Positions 57,082 through 64,000 of a stretch of 64,000 nucleotides of DNA are shown here, piece by piece (position 1 is the stretch's first letter; each line of letters opens with the position of its first letter). This stretch comes from an uncultured Pseudomonadales bacterium (lineage in GTDB: Bacteria; Patescibacteriota; Microgenomatia; UBA1400; UBA1449). The stretch spans positions 2,088 through 66,087 of the forward strand of contig CAYLQQ010000006.1 in the NCBI GenBank assembly GCA_964386355.1, in the 5' to 3' direction. The position numbers and the translations under genes were made by a program. The notes below the pieces were generated by a model. It was not told the origin of the DNA and did no database searches. It worked only from the letters and a program-made list of their open reading frames with translations.

Positions 57082-60000
57082 TTATCTCTTCCTCTTCCCT
57101 AAGACAGCCATAGCTCCAATAGCTGCTATGGCTAGGAGAATACCAATCAGCTGGACATAGACTGGTACAAAACCAGACTTTGGAAGCTCAGGTGCTTTAG
57201 GAACGGTTGGACTGCAGCTGCAGTCATTCTCTTTAGGACACTCTACGTTCACACATTTACTCTCACCTTCTACACTACGGCACACAAGAGGACTTTGACA
57301 CTGCGCATTGACTGAGCAGCTGTGATAACAACTGTAGGGAGGTGTAGCTTGAGGAACAGGACTGGGGTTGGGGGTTGGCGTGGGTGTGATAGTTGGAGTT
57401 TGCACTGGAGCGTTTGATACTACACACGATACTCCTTGTCTGTAATAACCCTGAGTACAGATATACGTACACCTTACATCACCCGTACAGGCATCTGCAA
57501 GCCTCACAGCAGTATTAGCAGTAAGACCAGCCAAATAGTTGGAACAGGGTTGAGAATGAGCTGGAACAGAACCTATACAGGTGTAGGACTGGGACGGAAG
57601 TTGACAACTACCACTAATGAGCTGATAACCAGAATTACAGGTATATTCACATTTTCTGTTTGCAGTACAAGCTGGGACAAGAGTTTTGGGTAAATTAGCA
57701 GTAAGGCCCTGTGAGTCGCCTGAGCACAGTTGGGCATAGGTTGGGGTTTGACCAGTACAGGTAAAGTCTATGCCTCCGCTACTGGGAATACAGGTCCCAC
57801 TGCTGCAGCTGGTACCAGTAGCGCAGGGTGCCTGGTTTACCCAACGGTTACTAGTACATAATTGGGGAATACCAGTTGTACTGCACCGCATTGATCCGTT
57901 ACTTGGACAGTAGTTTTCAATTGTCATACAAATACCATTGCCTGTGCACTCCTCACCCTGGGAACAGGCTACAGCTGATTCCCAGGCTGTTCCTTGAGTG
58001 TTACATACTTGATAGCTGGATTGGGAAGCACAGCGTTTCTGCTGAGGGGTACAAACAGAACCTGAGACAGGAACACAGGCACCATTCTCACACACCTGTG
58101 ATGAAGTACAGGAATTCTGGTTTGTCCACTGATTGTTAGTACAAGTTTGAGGAGTATTGCCTGTACAGCGGGGAGCACTACCACTGGCACAGTAGTTGGG
58201 AATAGCTTGGCAGGTAAATGTAGTAGTAGAACAGACACTTCCTGATGTACAAGTACTAGACACTACCCATCCCTTACGATCACTACTACAAGTTTCAATA
58301 TTCCCGTTACTACATCGTTTGGCTCCACTACTGCATGCATAAGAGTGGCAACTCCCAGATAAGCAGTACGTATCAGACTGGGTACAGTCTGTTCTTGTCA
58401 CCCACTGATTGTTAGTACAAGTTTGAACTATGCTACCCTGACAACGGGTAGCGTTTGTAGTACAAACGAAAGGAGTTGGATTAGATGTGGGAGTTAGAGT
58501 GGGGGTAGGATATGGAGTATTACCCGAATAAATCGGAACATTTGTCAACATTGCTTTATTTAAAAAACCTGGACAAAACCCAACTCCATATTGTGCCACA
58601 TTAATCTCTGATGATGAGCAGTTCGGATCCTGATCAGTAGGGTTAAAGTAATACTGATTACTAGACAAACCATTACCTACAGATACAGGAGGATCAGTAA
58701 AGAAACTACTTTGAAGACATAGGTAACTACTCTTATCTGAAACAATCCCACCTTTTATGGCGTTAATTATTGCTTGTTTTCCATCTTCCTCTTTTCCTTT
58801 CCAGTAAATTAATTTTGAAAAATTATTGGGATGATCTGGCTCATATCCATGAGCTCCTACGTTTTGATACCTACTGAAATTACCATTTTGCATCTTAGAG
58901 TCCCGCGGTCCCCAGCCATTAAACTTTAACCAAATGTTTGATTGATATGTTGAATCCATCCAAATTTCAAGTATTTTCCCAACCCTGCCAGTTGCAGACA
59001 ACCCATTGCCTCTTTGCCATACCACAGGAGTTGGCGCGAAGATTTCTACGTAGCTAGTTATGATCTGCTTCATTGCCTGAATAAAGTAATCATCAAACAC
59101 AAAGCATTCTGAATTATTCACTGAATCCAAAGGACATTTGAGCTGGTCAGATTCTGTACATACCTCAACTTTATTTCCAGGTACTAAATTACTAGGATTA
59201 CACGTGCTTCTCTTAGCAACAATATCGCTGGCTACTTGTTGGACTGAAAGAGTGGGATAATGTTGTTTTTGTACATATTTTGCCAGCGACAAAACTGCCG
59301 GACAATCTGGATTAAGTACGTCAGGCAAGCAGCTGCAACTTGGATTTTTGCGAGAGGGGTCGCAGTAGGCTGGACATTTTGAGCTTAAAACACATTCGCC
59401 TGACTCACCACCCGACATCATTTGAATAGCTTCAACTACCCCATCATCAATATCCTGTTGAAACTCCTGTTTCATAGCCCGTAAGGCATTAGCATAGTAG
59501 TCTTGAAATAAGGGATCCCATACGGCAGCAATTTTTGTCGGGAACTGAATATGGGTAGTGCCTTCTGGTGGAGTTGTACTGCCTGAAGCTGGTAGAGTCA
59601 ACTCAGTAAAGCTATTACTTCCTGGTGATGTCTCTTTTAAATACTTAGCTTCGCTAACATCAACAAACTGAGAGTTTGGCCATACAGGTTTAACGCTATT
59701 TTTAAGGTTATTAGGGTCATACCATACGTAACGTGACTTGTTGCGGTAGACGTTTAGATCTCCGCACCCGGCAGATATATACGTTTCTATTCCTTTATTT
59801 ATTGCCCACTTAGGGACATTATGTTCTTTATTTGACTTATCCCCTACTTGAATTTGAAGCATTACTTTCTTACCTAAAGACCTCGCCTTATCTACCTCAC
59901 TTCGTTTCTGGCTAAAATTATATGTCCCCTCTTGTGGTTCGATAGCTGCCCAGCTATCACCAGCACCATTACTAAAATCAAAGTACGTGGAGGATGAATA

Positions 60001-60213
60001 ACCCCATCGTATACCACTATTTGTATTAAATGATCCATATGTACCGTGACATTGACCTAAGCCTAAGCCTTGATTAGCTTGATAAAAGATTTCTGCTTGT
60101 TTGCTTCTAAATTGCGAAATACCTATCGATATACCAAGTATAATCACACTTGCTATGAAAATATATATAGAAATCAGCTGCTTAATTGGTGATAACGGAG
60201 ATATTTTCTTCAT
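57082..60213 (-). CDS. Secreted Cys-rich surface protein with glycoside-hydrolase-like TIM barrel and LPxSG sorting signal
   Basis: N-terminal TM helix; WAAIEPQEGTYNF; five 6-Cys repeats plus two longer Cys repeats; PT linkers; LPKSG-TM-KRKR. Confidence 0.7.
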   Translation of the reverse strand: MKKISPLSPIKQLISIYIFIASVIILGISIGISQFRSKQAEIFYQANQGLGLGQCHGTYGSFNTNSGIRWGYSSSTYFDFSNGAGDSWAAIEPQEGTYNFSQKRSEVDKARSLGKKVMLQIQVGDKSNKEHNVPKWAINKGIETYISAGCGDLNVYRNKSRYVWYDPNNLKNSVKPVWPNSQFVDVSEAKYLKETSPGSNSFTELTLPASGSTTPPEGTTHIQFPTKIAAVWDPLFQDYYANALRAMKQEFQQDIDDGVVEAIQMMSGGESGECVLSSKCPAYCDPSRKNPSCSCLPDVLNPDCPAVLSLAKYVQKQHYPTLSVQQVASDIVAKRSTCNPSNLVPGNKVEVCTESDQLKCPLDSVNNSECFVFDDYFIQAMKQIITSYVEIFAPTPVVWQRGNGLSATGRVGKILEIWMDSTYQSNIWLKFNGWGPRDSKMQNGNFSRYQNVGAHGYEPDHPNNFSKLIYWKGKEEDGKQAIINAIKGGIVSDKSSYLCLQSSFFTDPPVSVGNGLSSNQYYFNPTDQDPNCSSSEINVAQYGVGFCPGFLNKAMLTNVPIYSGNTPYPTPTLTPTSNPTPFVCTTNATRCQGSIVQTCTNNQWVTRTDCTQSDTYCLSGSCHSYACSSGAKRCSNGNIETCSSDRKGWVVSSTCTSGSVCSTTTFTCQAIPNYCASGSAPRCTGNTPQTCTNNQWTNQNSCTSSQVCENGACVPVSGSVCTPQQKRCASQSSYQVCNTQGTAWESAVACSQGEECTGNGICMTIENYCPSNGSMRCSTTGIPQLCTSNRWVNQAPCATGTSCSSGTCIPSSGGIDFTCTGQTPTYAQLCSGDSQGLTANLPKTLVPACTANRKCEYTCNSGYQLISGSCQLPSQSYTCIGSVPAHSQPCSNYLAGLTANTAVRLADACTGDVRCTYICTQGYYRQGVSCVVSNAPVQTPTITPTPTPNPSPVPQATPPYSCYHSCSVNAQCQSPLVCRSVEGESKCVNVECPKENDCSCSPTVPKAPELPKSGFVPVYVQLIGILLAIAAIGAMAVLGKRKR

Positions 60214-60258
60214 CTATACCTACTATAGTAGAGGAAAAGTACATCTAGCACAAATACC

Positions 60259-61560
60259 TTACTTTCTGTCCCACTCGATTTTTAGAAAGTTTGTAGCGCA
60301 GGACATGCAGGGATCATAGGCGCGGACAATCTGCTCTGCTTCCAGTTTTAAAATTGCCTCCTCTTTATGAAGATTCTCATTAAAATATTTTTTTAGGTCA
60401 TTTTCGATATTAATCTGATTTTGGGAAGTAGGTACAATCACATCATAATCTACAAGAATACCATTATCATCAGTCTTAGCCATATGGTATAAAATCCCCC
60501 TAGGTGCTTCAACCACTCCCACTCCAATACCAGCTTTATGAGTAGGTTGGGCTGGCTTTTCATCAGTAATACTGATATCTTTAAGAATATCAATAGCACT
60601 ATCAACACTATTTAAAATTTCTATTGCCTGAGCTAGATTGTTGTCATAAATATTGTCTGAGGGGAAAAATCCCAGATACTGACTAGCATCACGCCTAGTG
60701 CGCTCGTGCAGTTGATCCCGGTTAAGGTTTAGCCTGGCAAGAGAGCCTACTAAATAATCATCATGTTTGCTTGCCAATTTGTAACCTTCAGCATGTGAAT
60801 AGGGAATTACAACTTTTTCCAGCATTTCATAAAAATTCTGTTCGGGAACACAGAGCCCGTCGGTAGTTGTAATATCCCCGTTAATATAATCCCATCCCTG
60901 CCTACCTCGTAAACACATGTAGTCACTATTTCGTTTAAACTCAGCTTTCCAGTCATAAAAGACTCCAATACCCCTAATCACCTGAGGCCGCACCGCTTCC
61001 AATCTGTCGATAAGTGCCGGAAACTGACTACTATCTGGCTGCTTTAGAAAACCTCCTACTGTCGGTAGAGGGGCATGTATAGCAGCTCCGATAATGGCAT
61101 TGGCTATATCACTCCCCAAGCGCTTAATATCAAATGAGTCGTGCAAAAGCTGGTGACCCTTGTCATCAGAACTATCAGGAATATCCAAAATTGAATCAAT
61201 TCCCAGTACATCCGGTAAAACAAAAAAGTATAGATGTAGGGCATGATCGCGGATCATGAGAGCATCATAGGCCAGATGGCGTAGTAATTTCGTCTGCTCT
61301 GAAATTTCTATGCCCATGGCTTTTTCTATTGCTTCCAAAGAGGCAAACAGGTGGGAAACCGAGCATGTCCCGCATATGCGGGATAAAAATTGTGGAGCAG
61401 CCACTGCGGGCTTTTTTTGGACAGCTTTTGTGTAAAAGCGCCTGTAATCCTGGATAAAAAATTTTAGGTCCGTTACTGCACCATCTCTCACAGTAACTTT
61501 CATTCCTGCAGAGCCTTCAATTTTTGTAATCTGGTCAATCGTAATATCGCCTGAATGCAT
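60259..61560 (-). CDS. hydA: NiFe hydrogenase large subunit, group 3b-like
   Basis: TKIEG, L1 RICGTCSVSH, EAPRGILYH, PTSQN, L2 RAYDPCMSCATN. Confidence 0.9.
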   Translation of the reverse strand: MHSGDITIDQITKIEGSAGMKVTVRDGAVTDLKFFIQDYRRFYTKAVQKKPAVAAPQFLSRICGTCSVSHLFASLEAIEKAMGIEISEQTKLLRHLAYDALMIRDHALHLYFFVLPDVLGIDSILDIPDSSDDKGHQLLHDSFDIKRLGSDIANAIIGAAIHAPLPTVGGFLKQPDSSQFPALIDRLEAVRPQVIRGIGVFYDWKAEFKRNSDYMCLRGRQGWDYINGDITTTDGLCVPEQNFYEMLEKVVIPYSHAEGYKLASKHDDYLVGSLARLNLNRDQLHERTRRDASQYLGFFPSDNIYDNNLAQAIEILNSVDSAIDILKDISITDEKPAQPTHKAGIGVGVVEAPRGILYHMAKTDDNGILVDYDVIVPTSQNQINIENDLKKYFNENLHKEEAILKLEAEQIVRAYDPCMSCATNFLKIEWDRK

Positions 61561-61645
61561 GAATTAGAAATTAGGAATTAAGAATTTGGAATTATGGTTT
61601 TAAAAAACATCCATAATTCAGTATTCATTCTTCATAATTCATTTT
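61561..61645. repeat. 7-nt-period repeat with inverted arms between the hydrogenase subunit genes
   Basis: GAATTAG AAATTAG GAATTAA GAATTTG GAATTAT GG ... CCATAATTC AGTATTC ATTCTTC ATAATTC. Confidence 0.8.
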
Positions 61646-61646
61646 T

Positions 61647-62150
61647 TTACTCAATTACTCCACAAATTTTCAAATACTTATTTACACCTGCTAAAAACAT
61701 GTCCTTATTCATTGGACAGCCCGGTACCTTATCATCTACCGTAATCACTTCGTCCAGCTTTTTTACTTTTGAAGCATAATCAAATCTGGCAAAATAATCT
61801 CGTATTTTGTCATCTATTTTCCCTTCAGCTTCAAATGAGTTACGTGATGCGCTGGGCATACCGGACACGGCACAGGAACCAATCGCCAGTACGTATTTGC
61901 TATTTGCTCGTATTTCTTTAAGCTCTTCTTCTTTTGATAGTGATGAAATTGCTCCTTCGACAATAGCCAGATCCAAGCCTTCAAGCCGATTATTGGTCCT
62001 CAATGCTTTAATATGCCGAAATTCTACCAAAGGTAACCATTGCAGCAAATAGTCATTGAGAATTTCAGTTAACAGTATTGAGCAGCCTTCGCAGCAGGTA
62101 AACGAGAAGAGACCAACCACTAATTTCTTTTTTGGGACAACTTCAGACAT
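61647..62150 (-). CDS. hydD: NiFe hydrogenase small subunit (short, proximal-cluster domain only)
   Basis: TCCEGC, VEGAI, IGSCAVSG, VPGCP; 167 aa. Confidence 0.85.
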   Translation of the reverse strand: MSEVVPKKKLVVGLFSFTCCEGCSILLTEILNDYLLQWLPLVEFRHIKALRTNNRLEGLDLAIVEGAISSLSKEEELKEIRANSKYVLAIGSCAVSGMPSASRNSFEAEGKIDDKIRDYFARFDYASKVKKLDEVITVDDKVPGCPMNKDMFLAGVNKYLKICGVIE

Positions 62151-62255
62151 AGTATCATTATCGGTAATTTATCCCTGTTTGTGAAGGGGTAAATGGGATA
62201 CAATCGCTGGATAGCGCGAATGATATTCAATCTCTTATATTCGTATAACCATCCT

Positions 62256-62474
62256 ATGTGCCTAGCCATTCCAGGCCAAATAATCAATATCGCCGGCCGA
62301 AAAGCAACCATTAAGTACCCAAATGTTATCAACTACGCTTTAATCTCTGATGAGAACGTGTCAGTAGGTGATTGGGTACTAGTGCAAATGGGAATTATTA
62401 TCCAGAAGTTGGATGCAAATGAAGCTGATAAACGTATAAGTAGTTGGCAATCTCAACCTACCACCAAGGATTAA
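62256..62474 (+). CDS. hypC: Hydrogenase maturation chaperone HypC
   Basis: MCLAIPGQII...VGDWVLVQMG. Confidence 0.9.
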   Translation: MCLAIPGQIINIAGRKATIKYPNVINYALISDENVSVGDWVLVQMGIIIQKLDANEADKRISSWQSQPTTKD

Positions 62475-63516
62475 TCCAGCCGGTCCATAGGCGTATTACA
62501 AGAGCATCGTAGCGGTGAATGAAGGCTTTTCGCTCTTTTTTTAATGCTTCCTTTTGGGCATTCTCTAATTCTTTGCTTGTAGTAGCTCCCAATATTACGC
62601 CATCAGCAAACTCTAGGTACGATTCATTTTGTGATTGAGTTTGTAACGATACGCCAGAATGCTTTAAGTACATTTTTTCTTGTTCTTGAAGTTTTTCTTT
62701 TGGAATTGACTCATTAACAACATCAAATGTTATGGAGTAATTTTCTTGTAATAAGTTTGTCGCTTTACCATCATTTGCCAAAACTGCACTGGTCGGTAAA
62801 AAATATACTCCCAGTAAGCCTGATTGTTTTGTTTTCAGTAAAGCTGTAGCAAAAACACCTCGATCTCCCATAAATCCTGGATTTGGTAAACCACCACTTA
62901 TACGACCATACCCTTTGTCATTATCGATCTGTTTTTGAATAAAAATGTTCGCAAATGATCCGTCTAATGTAAAATCTAGAAGTTCAAATGATTTTGGATC
63001 AAAACCTATATCTGCTTGAACAGCGTTTACTGAGGTTTTCACTTGCTCTAGCTCAATAGGCATAGGAATAATTTCTCCTATGTAATAGTGTTTACTACCA
63101 GCTGATTCTATGAACGCAACTTCACCATTATTTGCTTCCTTGTCCTTATTAAGCGGATTAATTGCAACCAGACCAAGTGCAAGAAGTTCTATGTAAACAA
63201 ACATAAGTGAGGCTAACGAAACTACAATAATGAAACTAATATTTTTTATTGTGGATTTGACTTGAACAGGCCAATGGGGCAAATTGGGAACAACTCTTGC
63301 ATTACACCATACACAATAATCTTTGGTTTTGCTCATCATGGGATATATACACGGAACCATCTGATGTTTAAGTGACCATAAAATCCAATATAGGGGTGCC
63401 ACTAACAGACCAACAAGGGCAAAAATGTGAATCAGAAGCCAAAGTGCTACTAGTAATAGTACCCCTATAAAAAGTTTTCGATATGGTATATTTTTTAAAT
63501 TATCTGGTATTTTCAT
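62458..63516 (-). CDS. Membrane-anchored cohesin-domain protein
   Basis: N-terminal TM helices; VNAVQADIGFDP...IDNDKG...GG.PNPGF.G..G.FAT...VLANDG beta-sandwich. Confidence 0.65.
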   Translation of the reverse strand: MKIPDNLKNIPYRKLFIGVLLLVALWLLIHIFALVGLLVAPLYWILWSLKHQMVPCIYPMMSKTKDYCVWCNARVVPNLPHWPVQVKSTIKNISFIIVVSLASLMFVYIELLALGLVAINPLNKDKEANNGEVAFIESAGSKHYYIGEIIPMPIELEQVKTSVNAVQADIGFDPKSFELLDFTLDGSFANIFIQKQIDNDKGYGRISGGLPNPGFMGDRGVFATALLKTKQSGLLGVYFLPTSAVLANDGKATNLLQENYSITFDVVNESIPKEKLQEQEKMYLKHSGVSLQTQSQNESYLEFADGVILGATTSKELENAQKEALKKERKAFIHRYDALVIRLWTGWINPWW

Positions 63517-64000
63517 CGATCAACATGATACATGAGTAATGAAAAGTCCTTTACAGTACACACTCCATCTTTATTAAGATCGCACGCTAAATCTGTATTG
63601 GGCTCAATAACTTGAGATAGACTGGGGTTTTGTTGCTTTTTCCATTCTGACACCCAATCCTTGACTGAAGTATATACTTCTTTTCGTTCAATCTTGCCGC
63701 TATTATCAACATCAAACAACTTAAACTCCAGCGGTAGCTGACTGATTTGACCAGTTTTTCCAGAATCTTGCTCGGGTTGGGTAATCTTGCTATACGGTGA
63801 TGGGGCAGCCACTGTCCGGGGTAAAGGAGAATTGTACGGGCGAGGAGAAGCAGAAACTGTTGCTGCTACGGGACTAGCTGTCACAATAGCAGTTGGAGTA
63901 GGTGTAATACCTGGTGTTGGACTGGGAGTTGAGGTTGGATTGAGTGTATTAGTTGGGCTAGAAGTCGGAGCTGGTGTAGGTGAGCGTGTTGGCTGAGTAG
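63513..64000 (-). CDS. Partial (3' end) Pro/Thr-linker protein with C-terminal dockerin-like double EF-hand
   Basis: Frame open to the window edge; PT-rich linker; FDVDNSGKIE and CDLNKDGVCTVKDFSLL; 4-bp overlap with the cohesin gene. Confidence 0.7.
   Translation of the reverse strand, partial: TQPTRSPTPAPTSSPTNTLNPTSTPSPTPGITPTPTAIVTASPVAATVSASPRPYNSPLPRTVAAPSPYSKITQPEQDSGKTGQISQLPLEFKLFDVDNSGKIERKEVYTSVKDWVSEWKKQQNPSLSQVIEPNTDLACDLNKDGVCTVKDFSLLMYHVDR

Noticed and set aside
57082-60213. Diversity-generating retroelement target
   Set aside because: No reverse transcriptase or template/variable repeat pair is visible; the repeats are diverged at protein level.
60259-61560. Selenocysteine-containing (NiFeSe) hydrogenase
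   Set aside because: All ligands are ordinary Cys codons and there is no in-frame TGA.
61561-61645. Heptamer arrays as CRISPR repeats
   Set aside because: Units are 7 nt, degenerate and have no spacers; there are no cas genes in the window.
63787-63996. Gly/Val-rich ORF on the plus strand
   Set aside because: It is the antisense shadow of the Pro/Thr linker.

Overview
A 64 kb AT-rich bacterial chromosomal window (genetic code 11). Gene content and style point to a Patescibacteria/CPR genome, probably Microgenomates; this is an inference. The left half is mostly housekeeping: nrdR with two tandem class II ribonucleotide reductases, two class A PBPs, gpmA/gap/rpiB, an ATP-dependent DNA ligase coupled to a Fic gene, recF, mutM, and a SUF Fe-S operon carrying inserted cargo genes. 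The right half is an anaerobic-metabolism and cell-surface region: ADP-forming acetate-CoA ligase, a flavodiiron protein, 2-oxoacid:ferredoxin oxidoreductase alpha/beta, a reduced group 3b-like NiFe hydrogenase module, a Cys-rich LPxSG-anchored glycoside-hydrolase-like protein and a cohesin/dockerin pair. The top candidate for an undescribed system is a membrane-anchored alpha-2-macroglobulin whose protease bait region is occupied by a 129-aa Hint (intein-like) domain, suggesting a self-cleaving thioester protein; its gene overlaps one for a secreted MEMO-family protein. Also seen: a 104-bp MITE splitting a gene between korA and korB, 7-nt-period repeats (some in frame inside core enzymes), GTCAT...ATGAC palindromes, many apparently leaderless genes and a candidate ~45-nt sRNA. 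No rRNA, tRNA or CRISPR array was recognised. All family calls come from motif recognition by eye, not database searches.
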